A stretch of 64,000 nt of DNA from Toensbergia leucococca (taxonomy: Eukaryota). The notes below the pieces were generated by a model. The model saw nothing but the letters and a program-made list of their open reading frames with translations. It made no database searches and had not been told where the DNA came from. Each line of letters opens with the position of its first letter. Within the stretch, counting starts at the first letter, position 1. The stretch lies in assembly GCA_022813965.1 (NCBI GenBank), contig JALDZS010000060.1, positions 1-64,000 of the forward strand. Reading direction: 5' to 3'. The position numbers and the translations under genes are program-made. Positions 12,548 through 26,012 of the stretch are shown piece after piece.

Positions 12548-13680
12548 GCGTTTGTCACGGCTCTATCGATCCTTCGGCAGCTGCTGGCAATAGCCACACC
12601 GATTTTGTTCGAGGATATGGTTTTGAACTTGAAATATCTTCGGCTCGAGGACTCTCAGAGGTATGTCACCTCAGAGTCCAGGAGTGTGGTAAGATCTCGA
12701 ACTCATCCTTCATAGAATAAAGATATTCGCTGAACTCCACCCGCAATTGGCTATGCACGTACGCCGTTTGCAGCTGAGATTCCCACCAAGACCAGTGATT
12801 GAATTTCACGATAGATATTCTTTATCTCGGTACCTAATGCGGAGGACTACAAGGTTCTTGCCTTCCTTGCCTTTGACAGAAGATCAAACAAGTAGCTTCC
12901 AATTCATCATTTTGAACCCACTCTTACTCTGGTGGGCTGAGACTAAGCGTTACTGTCAAGATTTTGAGAAAGTAGGTCACGCCTAACAACACCCACCCTG
13001 TTCGAATCCTCATCGGGAAATTCGCTGACCGTATCAGATCTGGACCGAATTGCGGAAGACCATCAAATTACTACCGAATCTCCTTCACATAGAAGGAACC
13101 CTATCGAACTATTATTATCGGTATCTAGCCACTGCAAGCAAGCGCTTCATGAAAAGAACTGGAATCGTAGTGGACGTACCATACCTACACGCACTCTTTT
13201 TCAGAGTCAACAGTACCGTCTTCGATCTATCCTAGCACACACTAAGAGTATTACACCACGAAAAGATCATCAGCTTGAAGTTGCATCACACTAATTTTCC
13301 AAAAGAGCAACCAGGCTGGTCCCATAAACACAGGCGACTTGAGAAACTCGAATGTCTTGATCTTAGTTGCTCGAAACTTCACCGCAGGCTCGGAAACAGC
13401 ACGCCCGACCCCTTGACAACTACGCTACTACCATTCGAGTATCTATGGCGCGTGCAGACATTGCGCCTGAGTCTAGCATGGTCGTAGGAGAAGCTCCACC
13501 ATTACACGACACGAACTGAATCTCCCCAATATCTTAACGACTTCCTGATCCCAACAAGTCGACAACCCGGCATCAGAAACGAGGATAAATGTTTCTTCCC
13601 CTACCTCAAGTCTCTATCCCTAGTCGCATGGCCGGTAAAAGCCGGCTTGCTCCTCCATCTAATTAAACTCCACCAACCAT
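12548..13680 (+). pseudogene. Decayed F-box/LRR-like gene
   Basis: Fragments LLAIATPILFEDMVL, FAELHPQLAMHVRRL, KLLPNLLHI, LEKLECLDLS and FPYLKSLSL, separated by stops and frameshifts. Confidence 0.45.
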
Positions 13681-14787
13681 AGCACGCTGCAAACCCTCAT
13701 ATTCGACCGCGTCACCCTAGCCGTCACCGCCAAGAGAGAAAGCTGGGAGGAAATCGCAGTCGCGTGCAAATCTTTGCCCAAGCTGAAACACGTCTGCTTT
13801 GAAAATATCGAGATACACACTCGGACGCGTTTCGCAGAGGGTGATATCTGGCCTGGTGAGGGCGACTTGGGAATGAAGCATATTGTGTTGGGGCGGACTC
13901 GTGTGCAGGCGTTGTATCGGTTGGCTGGGGCTCGGGGATCATGAATCTGGTGGAAGGAAGGGGATTCAAGCGTGCTGTGGACGGGTTTGTATCGACTTTG
14001 CTAGCTTAGATGAATTCAGGAGGTTCGTCTAGAAAAGACAGAGACCTGTGAAGGGAAGGGGCCTGTATCGATCAGCTTAGATCCTAGTGATTAGGACTTT
14101 ATTGTTGAAGATGTCAGGTCAACAATAGCTACTTGATAAGAAGGTGATCAACCCCAGAAGAGGCAGAAGCTTTTATGCCGTAGCGAAGCGTATAATTTGA
14201 GAAGGACTTTTCTTTCTCTACCCTCTTGCACTGTGACCACTTATGTCCTATCTAGCAGTTCTGATAAGAGGATTTCTTTAACCTGCAACTTACTCTTTCA
14301 TGTTCTATTGCTTCAAAAGTCACAGTCACAGTCACATTCAACTCATCATCTTAACCCTCCCCTCATCAAAACAAAAAAAAATCACAAAAACACCTCCACA
14401 ATCCTCTCAGAACATCACACTCTTCACACAACCCAGGCACCTTTAAAAAAAAACACCATCATCATCATAAGTAACTTTCCATCACCTCTTCCAACCAAAA
14501 AAAAAAAAAAAAAATTTGTCACAACGGATAAATAACTCGTACCCAAAAATCCATTAAATGGCAAAAGCGAGATAAATGTTCCGTAAAGATCCCCCAAAAT
14601 CACAAATCACAAATCACCGCCATCCCCACACCACCCCCACCAGTCATTCTAGGGCCAGACCACACTCTTTCCCCCGCGCTCTCTCTCCCCGCAAAATCAA
14701 CCTTACAATCGCCAAATCACGCAACCAGCGCCAATCCCCGTAAGCCCAGAAAAACCCCACCCCGAGTCTTTTTTGGACAATTCTCCC

Positions 14788-14791
<4 letters not shown>

Positions 14792-14818
<27 letters not shown>
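14792..14818. repeat. (AG)n microsatellite
   Basis: Direct inspection. Confidence 0.95.
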
Positions 14819-14824
<6 letters not shown>

Positions 14825-15056
14825 GGGGGGTGTGGGTGATAAAAGTGCATAAAGATCAAGCGCGAATCAGTCTAAAAGAAGATTCCCAACTGACTGGAAA
14901 GAAAAGTGGTCATATATATAGCGCCCTCTTACACGTACAAGAACCAAGAACGCCGAGAGAATTGTGACATCAGTAAGACAGCAAACACTGATATATACAA
15001 TCCACAATCCAACCTCCAACCTCCAAGACCCCCAGTCCCCAGTCCCCACTCTGAAC

Positions 15057-15655
15057 ATGGCTACCCCAATCCAAGAAAATCTCATCTCCAAGAACAAGGA
15101 ATACGCCTCCGCTTTCACAAAAGGCCACCTAGCACTCCCCCCCGCAAAGAAATATGCAGTCGGTACTTTGCACCCTTCTCTTTCACTCCTCTGCCCTATC
15201 CCTCGAGTCAAAAGCTCCCCACCATTCACCTCACCGTTGAAATCTCCTTAGTAACCTGCATGGACGCCCGCATCGACCCAGCTTCCGCCTTCGGTATCTC
15301 CCTCGGCGACGCACACGTGATCCGCAACGCCGGTGGCATCGCGCGCGATGCGATACGCTCCCTGGTCATCTCAGAGCAACTACTCGGCACGACCGAGGTC
15401 TTGGTGGTTAAGCATACGGGATGTGGGATGCTGACGTTCAAGAACGAGGACGCTCATGCGATTGTGGAGGAGAAGCTCGGGGCCGAGGGAAAGACGGAGT
15501 TGGCCCAGACGGATTTTTTGCCGTTTCCCGATTTGGACGAGGCGGTTAGGGATGATGTGGCGTTTTTGAAAGGGAGCAAGGCTATTCCGGAGCATGTGAC
15601 GGTCAGTGGGTGGGTTTATGAGGTTGAGAGTGGGAAAGTCAGGGCGGTGGAATAA
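15057..15655 (+). CDS. Beta-carbonic anhydrase (short, clade-D-like)
   Basis: MATPIQENL..KKYAV, intron 15163-15251, then VTCMDARIDP..IRNAGG..HTGCG..VSGWVYEVESG. Zn ligands C/H/C and the D-x-R dyad are present. Confidence 0.93.
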
Positions 15656-15706
15656 GGTAGCATGTATTTGACGATCTGTTGTCGAGGTAATGTATGATGG
15701 CTTGAT

Positions 15707-17321
15707 TCATACGATGTCTGCACCGATTACATCCTGACTGTATTCACCATTCTTCTCAGCAAGTGTCTCTGGCGACAGAAAACCACCCTCATCTTTGTCT
15801 TCTCCTTTCTGCGGCCACAAGATCTGTTTCAGCTTGATGGCTCGAATCATCATACCGAAAACAAGTATCCAGGCGATGATTAGTAAGACTGTCATCACAC
15901 AGCCGATGATCTGAATCGCTCGAGTATTGAATGCGTTGCCAATCGCAAAAGTTGCTGTGATGAGCGCTGTGTTGGGAAAAACAAACGAATACCAAGTCAT
16001 GGTAAAGTTCATCTTCCCGTGACCCACACAAGACCAGTGTGCGCCGACCGAGACGAGGAAGAACCACACTGCAAGCCTAGAGAAAGTCAGCACTTTTTCG
16101 GAGAAGTCAGATCTATCGGGATACTCGCCCCCAAAGCCAAAGGCTCATCCAGTTAGCTACAATCTTCAAGATCATGGCTGTTAATGCACCGTCTCCCATG
16201 AAATCCGCTGGTAGTGCTCGCTGCGCACTCAGTGCCATATTGATGACTCCAGCGGCTGTAAACCCACTTGGGCCAACGGATACAAACATTCCGGGTCGAA
16301 GACTTTCTTTGGGAAGTTTCTGAGTCATTAGACGGTAGATGAAGGCCGAGTAGATCATCACAGATACCAAGAATCCAATACCTTGCAAGGTGAAACCACC
16401 GATGATAATATCGAGAGCACGACTCTGTCTCAATCGCGAACTCAATACCCCAGCATGAGGGCCAATGATGAGTAAAGGATATGCTGGAAAGATCCAGACC
16501 GGTGTCATCTTGGAAATCGTGAAGGTTTGAGTGGACCACCTAATGAATATTAGTGATAATTGGGCACGTCGGTAAGGTTTTATCTTCCTCACATCAAGAG
16601 GTATATTCCAGACGAAGCGACAATGGCCAGCGCAGCATCTATCCAGAACAAGACCTCGACAACATTGTTGAGCCAAGGTCCAGTTCTATATAGCCCATAT
16701 TGCGATATATTCAGGAGAATGGTACCGAATGAGACGACGGCAGCTGGCACGAACAAAGATTCTGTTGGATGCATAAAGGATGCCTTGAAGGTCTCTGGAT
16801 AGTAGTAGAAGCGCATAGATATCAATACAATATTCATCAGGAAAAGTACTACATTAAAGATGAAGAAGATAACTCCGATGGCTTCTAGGCCTTGAAAGCG
16901 GAAAGGCACTACCATAAGCGTGGTTAGCATGGCATGTACTCAACCAAGGTGTTTGCGGAGGATAATCACCGGAATGAAGTACATTGGCAATGCCTCCTGT
17001 GGCCATTGTCATGGTGAAGAATGTCCAGGTGAAATGGCGTATTCTTTCCTTCCATTCAAGCTTCTCCAGTATGCCATGTTTGTGATCTGGATGGCGCTTG
17101 CTGATCATGTCCGAGGATTGGGATTGAGAGTGAGAATGGTGTTTGATCAGGTCTTCGGAACGATGTTCGAAGTCTTCAATGGTAGGTGTTCGATATCCGT
17201 CTTGGCCAGGACAAAGCAAATGCTTGGGAACGTGTTTCTTGGGGCCACGGGCCGAAACTGTTGAGTGTGAAGAGGGTACAATGTGAGGCCTCTTCGAACG
17301 ATGATTGGGGTGGTTCTTCAT
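15707..17321 (-). CDS. SLAC1/TDT-family anion channel (Mae1-like malate/C4-dicarboxylate transporter)
   Basis: RIRHFTWTFFTMTMATGG, HPTESLF, RPGMFVSVGPSGFT, WYSFVFPN. Introns 16969-16909, 16592-16540 and 16128-16077. Start uncertain. Confidence 0.9.
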
Positions 17322-17864
17322 TGCGCCAGAGCATGCTCGTTGGCATTGCCAGGACCTGCTCAAAGGGTGATGTCGACGGAGAAGACGTGAGGAGCCGTCG
17401 ATCCGAAGGACCCATTATTGCAAAGCGCCAATGATTACCTTATCAGCAAATGATGAAGAGGAGAAGGATAGTTCGTTGTAAGTCTGATATGACGTCGGCA
17501 ATATCAGCAAGTGGCGCTACGGAGTATTCGAGTAGCGCTCTGATGGATTAAATACCCGCGCTAGGGTACTTTTCCTTTTGGCCTAACTTTTATTCAGGAA
17601 GAATCAATCTGGACGGCCCCGGTCTTAGAAAACCAACAATTCAGAGTATACAGGAAAATGACATAGAATAGACAATACGGGTTCGACCACCCTTTTCCTG
17701 TATTCGTTGCTCAAAGTTCTCGCAGCCAAAATCTTTCTTTCTACAAAACCTTTGATAATAAGTCCTCAAACACACAAGGAGCTAAACCCTCTTCATTACT
17801 CTAGTCCCACTCATCCACATCCGTAAGTATCCCTTGCAATCGCCTTATCAGTACCCACTTCCAA

Positions 17865-18416
17865 TTATCGCCCCGAATCTTCCACCTCGGTCACAAACGC
17901 CTGACCTCCTTTCTTACTCCTTACCCCTTCCTCTCCCCTTCCCCCCTCCCCTCCGCTAATACCTCCACGACGACTGGGACTCGGCGCCACTGGCGTGAGT
18001 GAAGGACTCTCCTCCCACTTTGCTCTCCTCGGGGAAGTCTGTGGCGTCTCGGGAATCACAGCTGGCAACTCCCTTTCTTCCGCCCTGGGAGTTGCTGGCC
18101 TCGAAAAACGTACCACTACAGCCGGCTTCACTTTCGGGACCTCCAGCGGTGTTTTAATTGTTTCTACTCTAGATTCTTTCATGGGCGTTTTGATTGCCTC
18201 GTCTATCGCTTCTGACGTCGTCATGGCAGCTTGAGCTGGCTGGCTTGATGTCTTGTCTGGAGATGACAGGTTGCTTGAAGGATGCAGTACGGTTTCTGCA
18301 AACGTAGGTTATGTGAGCGAAGTCTTAGGGGGAAAGATTAGTCAATGCCAACCTTCTTCAAGGTGGGACATTCTCCCTGGAGAATAATTCTCGTCTTTCT
18401 TTGGTATTTGAGACAT
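17865..18416 (-). CDS. Hypothetical low-complexity protein
   Basis: ATG at 18416 (MSQIPKKDE) with a plausible GT-AG intron ~18352-18296 joining ORF 17865-18224. Confidence 0.4.
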
Positions 18417-18932
18417 CCTTCGTGCTGATCTGGATGATTCCAAATCGAAAGGTTGTGATTTGAAAAGGTCCAGAAAGCACTCTAGTACATATACAATTCT
18501 CTTTCTTTACCCTATACGCTCTGAATCTCATGACCATGCTTTACCTTTGACGCCTCCTGCACGTTTGATATTGAGCAAACAGCATTACCGTGGGTCCCGC
18601 TGCCGTCATGTGGTCTCAGCCTTTTGTTTGGCGTATCAAAAAGGGAATTGGATATTGCCTACAAACAGAGTGGGATCAAGAAAGCTTTGGATGCTGCCGA
18701 AGCATAGACCCAAGATGTAGCTGTTTTAGTAATCTCTAAAGTTAGTCGGCCCATGCAATCAAAGTTTCTATCTGAAAAGATTCTAGAAGCAGCTTGTTGT
18801 TGAGACGGCGTAGTAGAAAACATCAAGCCGTCTAGGATATCTGAATGAGAACTCTACCGAGCCCATATACTCCGTTGATATAGTAATTATACATGACAGC
18901 CAGCAGGTGAATTAGACCAATGACCTAGATCA

Positions 18933-20823
18933 TCAGCTTTTCAAACTCCCTTCGCCACTTTCTCCTTGCTCCTTCCTTACTCTCACTCTCTCCTCCTCCA
19001 AAAAGATAGCTTGCTCAATCCTACTCTTCTTCAGATCCACTCCTATCGCTAAGAGCGCAAAGCTCGCCAAACTCAACGCAAACAAAAAATAGAACGGCGT
19101 AGAATTGTTGCCGTTTGAATCATCAATAATCGCGCTGCTGACAAGAGGCCCGATGAAAGAGGACGTTTTGCCGATGATGGAGAAGAGAGAAAAAAAGAGA
19201 AACTCTTTCCCTCGGGGTGTAACTTCTGAGATCATGATTTGGGAGTAGGAGTACCAGGGGCAGACGAAGAGACCGTAGAAAGTTTGGTAGACCCAGAATT
19301 CCCAAACGTTGTGGAAGCCGAAGGATTGGGTCCAGATGCCTATCATGCCCCAGCCGTCTCTATTGGGACGATGATTTAGAGGAGTTTCGTGGGAGAAAGC
19401 TGAAGATCGCAAAGGGATTTTGGGAATAGAAGGACTCACAAGAGGATGATACCGATCATTACGGCATTGAACATGCTTTTCGTGCTTAGGCCATAGCGTT
19501 GCTGTATCCACCAAAAGCTGTAAATACCCACTGCCTGGGCTGCGATCCCTACTAGGAGGATGTAGGTAAGGCTCAAGGTATCGTAGGCAATGACGGTGTT
19601 CTGAAGGGTAGAGATGACCGTGACTGTAGTGTTTAGGGAATCTCCCAGTAGGAAGTAACCTGGGAGTGCTATCAGTACCCAGCGATGAATATAGAAGCTT
19701 CAATGCTTGCCAATGAGATATAGTAAACTCTGTTTCAATCGCCATATCTGAGTGATGGCCCGGAAAAGCTGTCCCAACCCTACCATGACTCTACCAGATA
19801 TCAGTTCATGCCTTTGATTTTTTCTCTCTCGCAAATGCTCACATATTCGTATTAGGAGGAAGTGGCTGTCCCGGCCTTCTCTTCTCGATGATGAACCACG
19901 GGATTGCCAACATGAGCCATACACCAGTCGCAAAAGCAATCAAAACACTCAATCCCCAATTGTTATTTGCCTGACTAGCATTGACGTTCACCCCAAACAG
20001 AACCCCTACGATCACGGCCAGGATGACTATTTCGCCACAACTCTGTATGTAGAAGGCCATATTGGAAAGCCGACTCCGTTGCATCATATCGGCGAAGTCG
20101 TACTCGTCCCGCGAGATACTACCTGCGGAGTATTCCTCAGCTTTGGCCCTAAGCTCCGGCGTATTACGCGCAAGGCCTGGAAAAGCAGCGGTCCAAAAGG
20201 TCAGGGTGGTCTGATACGCAATCACTGTGGCCATATGAGCACTTGGATATCTTGGAATAGTACGTCCATACACCCAACAATATACATGCCAGTCGCAACC
20301 TCCCATTTATTCGCAGTATGTACACCCAGCCAGCCGAAGCCAATCGCAAATGCAAAAATTGACAAAACAATCAATATATTTGGTCTTGAACTGCCATAGT
20401 CTAATCTGCATCAGTCCAAGTGATTCCTGCCTTCCAGAGGGACACTTGATTTTCACCTGCATAACTGCCGAGAATCAAAAATATGACAATTTGAATGGCA
20501 AAACTAATGCCATTGGATAACAATACAATACTGTTGATGGTACGATCTTGGCCGGCAAAATTCAATATTTCGCTGTCTCCTGCGGCCTGGTAGAGTAGAT
20601 TCTGGTAGGCTGTTGGGGCAAAGTTGAATAGGGTGAGACCGTTGTCCCCAATGTAATAGGCATAGTATGCCCATATTTCCCATTTTGTGGTCTCGTATTT
20701 GGGGTCAAATTGGTCTGGGGCAATTGGGTGATCGCCATCGTCAATGACGTCGCCGTCTTCAATACCGCCTTTCTGGGGATCCTCTGCTAAGTACATGGCG
20801 ATGCCTGGATCATTGGAGGCCAT
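18933..20823 (-). CDS. ATG22: Atg22-family MFS vacuolar amino-acid effluxer
   Basis: ETTKWEIWAYYAYYIGDNG, FWTAAFPGLARN, GYFLLGDSLNTTVTV, SQIMISEVTPRGKEFLFFSLFSIIGKTSSFIGP. About five introns. Confidence 0.9.
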
Positions 20824-21660
20824 TGTTGCGGCTGAAATTCAGTTTGATGCTTGATCCTCTTCACGCGGGATTGTGATAGTAGACGAATTAAAGGTGAGGA
20901 TTCAAAGGCGATGAAGATAAGTGATATGGTTACAGAGTCCATGGCCCGCTAGTAACCTAGAGATGTATTACCTAGCCCTCCGACTGTGTTGCAACGACGC
21001 TATGTTATCAGTAGGTGATGCACATCATTGGTGAATATTGTCATCCATGGATGGCGATTATCCACTATTGGCGTGCGGCATGCCTTATGTCATGGTGCAG
21101 AAGATGATCGTGGGGAAACAGATAAGCCTTTAGCCGAACTCTTTTCGTAATGCAATGTATTATGTACCTTACCTTACTGACCTTTAATGTCTGTATAACC
21201 CGCTACAGCATCGCTAATTGCCATCAAAAATCACAAATTTGCAGCCTCTTCGTCAAAAGCTGCAGGAAGTGGCGGAGAGAAGTGTAGTCCTGAACAAGGA
21301 ATTAAACAAACTTATAAGTGAATGGAATACCTTTCAGTAAAAGGAGTTGAGTGTTGCTAAACAAGAAATCAAATCTGGGTGCGAGGGCGCAGGGAGTGGG
21401 ACTTGATACAGCAAAAACCGAAAGCAAGAAGATCTGTGATGAACTTAAGACTGTCATACTTAAGACCTTCGTCTCGGCCTACCACGCATTTCTCCCAATG
21501 AGCCAAGGCCTTCTCGTCTCGCTCGGAATTGCACGCGCACGGATGGAAACCCGGCCAAAGAAAATCATAACCTATGATTGAAGTAGTACATTGCAGCATG
21601 CAAGAGCTGAAGGATTTGGAAGTAACCAGTATCACCAGGAGAATGTGCCTGAAGAAAATA

Positions 21661-23415
21661 TCAAATGCCTAGGGAAAATTCCACCCCGACATCAATATCA
21701 CGAGCTGATGAGCAGTCAGCTAGAGTTCAATAACATGATACATGTAGTATGCTCACCCATCTTCACTACCTTCGAAAACTGTACCGATTTCTCTGCAGCA
21801 CTTTGCAGGTCTTCTATTGAGAAGATTTTTAGGCCAGATTCATTGATCTATCTTGATATTAGTATCAGCTCGCGCTTGTTGAAGAAAGACCAGCTCACCA
21901 GCTTATGAGCCATCTCCATGTTAGTTCCCTGCAGCCTCGCGATGATCGGTGTCCTTAAGTTCATACTCTCAACCACGGAGATCAAACCTTGAGCAATTGC
22001 ATCACAACGCACAATCCCACCAAAAATGTTAACGAAGATTGCCGTGACCTTGGGGTCACTCGTGATCAGGTCAAAGGCTTGTTTAATAGCCGCAGGTGTA
22101 GCCCCACCGCCAACGTCAAGGAAATTGGCTGGTTGGCCACCATTGAGCTTAATGATGTCCATCGTAGCCATAGCAAGACCGGCACCGTTTACTGATGAAC
22201 CGTTAGCACTAGAGAAGACTCGGGTGACCCAATCACGTACCTAAGCATCCAATGTCGCCGTCAAGTTTGATAAAGTTCAGGCCATGCCTGATACAGTCAG
22301 CTTCAGGCATTCTTTATGGATCTTCATATTTTCATACTCAGCAGCCTTCACTTCGTCTGCATCCTCTTGCGTAGTGTCCCTCCATGAGAAAATCTCCTTT
22401 TGCCTAAAGTCTGCATTGTCATCGAAAGTCAATTTGGCATCCATAGCCAGCACCTGATGATCCGAGGTCTCGGAAAGAGGATTGATCTCGATTTGGGTGG
22501 CATCCTTCTCCATGAATACTTTATAAAGCTTCTGTATCGTGTCTTTGGCATCTTCAATACACTGGTCTGAGAAGCCCAATTCAGTGGCAATATTTCGAGC
22601 CATATCATCGGTAACACCTTTGTGGATATTTATGTATGTCGTATGAATTGCATCTGGTGATTCCTTGGCTACAGTCTCAATATCCATGCCTCCTTGCGAC
22701 GAAGCAATGATGACGGGGCCTTGTGATTGGCGGTCCATCAGAATGGCGAGATAGAACTCGCGACGAGCAAATTTGCGCTCGCAAATGTAGACCGAGTTGC
22801 AGAGGCGTCCTGCTGCGCCAGTTTGCTTCGTCATAAGCTTGTGACCGATCATCTGGTCGGCGAACATTTTGGCTTCAGTCGGTCTTTTCGACATGGGTCA
22901 GTGGTTTGAATAGAGTTGACAATGCTCCTTGTGTCTGATTGCGTACGAGTAGATGACGCGCACGCCTCCTTTCAAGCCATTATCAAAAGTTCCCTTCCCT
23001 CGACCACCAGCCAGGACTTGGGCTTTTATGACCATATCATCACCACCTAAGAAGCATTAGATTAGGACTGCGAAGGTATGCTCGGTAACGCTTAGAGGAC
23101 ATACCAATTTCCTTGGCTACTGACTCTGCCTCTGCTGCAGAACGAGCGACCTCACCTCGAGGTACACCAATGCCATACTGTGCTCTATCAGCGCCAGACT
23201 CATCCGGGTTTTAGTGAGCGTAGTAACCGTCTTCAGTAAGCGTGCGGATAAGTATTCGTGAATTGAGAGGCATCGCCTTTGCTGTAGGCAAGCAGTCTTG
23301 ACCGGTGTGTCCTGTCCATTGTCAGCTATGCATATGTTCGTAGGCCAGGAACATGCATTACCTTGACAGCTCTCAGAGCAGCAGCTAATGGCCGACTCCG
23401 AGCTAGTTTGAACAT
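21661..23415 (-). CDS. LSC2: Succinyl-CoA ligase beta subunit, mitochondrial
   Basis: MFKLARSRP presequence, [49 protein letters not shown]-terminus VEFSLGI* (TGA 21663-21661). About eight introns. Confidence 0.96.
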
Positions 23416-24506
23416 GCTGCCCGAAGAGCACGAAGGTAATGTAGGCACTGATAGCACTGGCTGATCAAGTGAGGAGCATGTGGAAGAGGTGAGTACGGTC
23501 CCGAGACCCGGATTATTGTTTCACCGAAGGAGGACGGATAGAATACGAAGTAGCGGTACCGTATGTGCGTATTTGAAAGCCGACCCTCGGGCTAAGCTCG
23601 CCACGAATGCCACCATCGTCAACTCTTAACTTAATGTTAAGCATTCTGAAGCAAGCTCGCACTTTCTTGCACTCCAAGAGAGACCAGACAATGAGCTATT
23701 GATCGTGGGTACTGACTGATAAAGTCGTCGTCAATTGAAAGAGACATGCACAGGCTTGACGAACAACTCAAAAGGTTGGATTCTTCGTCTTGTAACCTGA
23801 TCTGTCACTGTCCATTTCTTTTGGGTGCTTTCATTTTGCTTAAGTCTTCTACTCACTGTTCAAAAATAGCTGTTCATTTCTTTGGCTCGACACAGTGATA
23901 TGGCCTTCACTTTGCTGCGAATAGCTATGTGTCTTGTTGTCTCGAATACGAGGTCAATTTCTACAGGCCTGCTTGTTCCTCTAAGATTTGACCTGGAGCT
24001 TGACATTGATTCTCAGCTATACTAGCCTTTCCAGTATTCTAAGAATACACCACATATAAACATTGAGAATATATGAAAAGTCTAAACAGATTTCGGAAGA
24101 TAGGCCAAGTTTCATGCGGCCTTTCAGGTGACAGAATACTAGTCACTTGGAAGAGAATCCCTTTTATTCATTCACGGAATTCCGAGTTTGGGCAGAAAAT
24201 CAAGATAAGCTTATAATTCAATTGTCAGAACAGCTATCGGACTTAAAGACCATGGCAGTCGAGGGGCTTGACGGTCAAGAATCTTCACACAATCGAGACA
24301 AACTTGAGTTCGGCTACGCTTGGAGTGGATTGCAAGGGCCATCACATTATTTGAATGCTCACCTAAGATGCTCGGATTCTCGGCACCATCTCTTGACCAC
24401 CTACCTCGTGTGATATTTCCATGATACTGAAGGTTTAAGCATTTTTGACTCTTCTTATTTTCGATGATTGTTGAGATAACTTTTCGAACATGGTTTTCAT
24501 ATGTAA

Positions 24507-24527
24507 ATATATATATATATATATATA
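24507..24527. repeat. (TA)n microsatellite in an AT-rich patch
   Basis: Direct inspection. Confidence 0.9.
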
Positions 24528-24669
24528 CATATAAGTTTGTGTTATATCACTCCAGTAATCACCTTTTTCTCTCTGTATTAATTTATATGAGTTATAATCA
24601 CTCCTGTCAATCATAAAGTCGTTATTTTCTATTATTGTTCCTTCTCTCAAAATCGACTGCGCCTTCTAA

Positions 24670-25092
24670 ATTAAGCATCATCACATTCAAGACCTAGAGA
24701 GTGGTTTCCTGTCTCCAGTCTACTCTAGGTGGCGTTGCTATCATTGCAGCATTCTTTCTCCTCCCGGAAATAATTCACCACGTGAGGAAAGAGAACCTCG
24801 TTGAATTATCGAGGGCGAAGAAGGGTAAAAGCGCTCTGGAGCATGACGAATCCTTGGAGAATTGTGAAGTTGTACCGATATCCCAATCTCACTATTGTTG
24901 GTCTCGCCGCGTCTTCGCTTATATGGAATATGTATTCTCTCCTCACACCTATTCGCTATGTCCTAAATCCTCGCTTCGGTCTTTCATCGCCGATTCAATC
25001 TGGGTTGTTCTATCTCGCACCTGGATGTGGATACTTCGTAGGGACTATCTTTGGCGGACGTTGGGCCGATACTACTGTCAACAAATGGATGG
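24670..25092 (+). pseudogene. Truncated MFS (DHA1-like) transporter pseudogene
   Basis: IITFKT*RVVSCLQSTLGG..LLPE (TAG at 24695-24697 in place of Trp), then a frameshift to NPWRIVKLYRYPN..LTPIRYVLNPRF..GLFYLAPGCGY..GGRWAD. Similarity stops abruptly near 25092. Confidence 0.75.
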
Positions 25093-26012
25093 CTATCCGG
25101 TTCTTGTTGATACTGCCGACTACGTCCAAAGTACAGTGTTCGCTCTGTTCCGTCGGCTCCATGACAATTCTCCTGAGCATCCCATCTTTAGGCATGTGAC
25201 TGAGGGCGAGACGGTTCCAACGCGTCCTGGAATTTCAAATGCGTGCTGCTCGGAAGATCAATAAAAGACTGCATGGGCCCCCTCATTATTCCGGGAAGTT
25301 CTCTCACTAAAACACCTTCATTCATCTATTTTAAAGAAAAAAAGTATCTGTCTACAGAATCGTCAGTCACATCAGTCAATTCTGTGAGCAAATATTATGA
25401 ATTCGAAGTAGTTCAAAGTTTGCTAAAGATGCATTCATCTCAACAGACAACTGTATCATCATTGTTGACATTTCACTCAGTGACATCGCTCCCTGAGAGT
25501 TCTTTAGGTGAGAAAGATCATGATTGTCATTTGAGACAGAAAGACTTTGATAAATGTATGAAACGTTAAGTCACCTCATTAGCACATCCCTTTCACTTCT
25601 CTCACCTTCATGACAGTCAGAAGTTTCCTTCACTTGCAGAGGTCACACAGTCATCAATTGAAAATGATCACAGACTTAAAGTTGAAAAGCAGAATGACAT
25701 CTCAAAGGAGTCTGAGCATCACTCTGAACTGAATACAAGCATTTCGCTGCATGATTTATACTTGTCTTGTTCATTACCATCATATCCCTGCGTCACATCA
25801 GCAAATCTCATCACTATACTTCTCTTCAGTGAACTCATCAAGCCTCTTTCACTCCTGGCAAAGCCTTTTCTACTATTCTCAAGATGATTGATTTATCAGG
25901 TTGATTGAGTGCTCTTTCCTGCTCTGCTTTGCCATTGCTCTAGTTAATTGCTGCTCTACTTTTGATAGAATTTTCCGATTTCTCTGGAAGAAGCCAAGCA
26001 TGCAAGAGTTGT

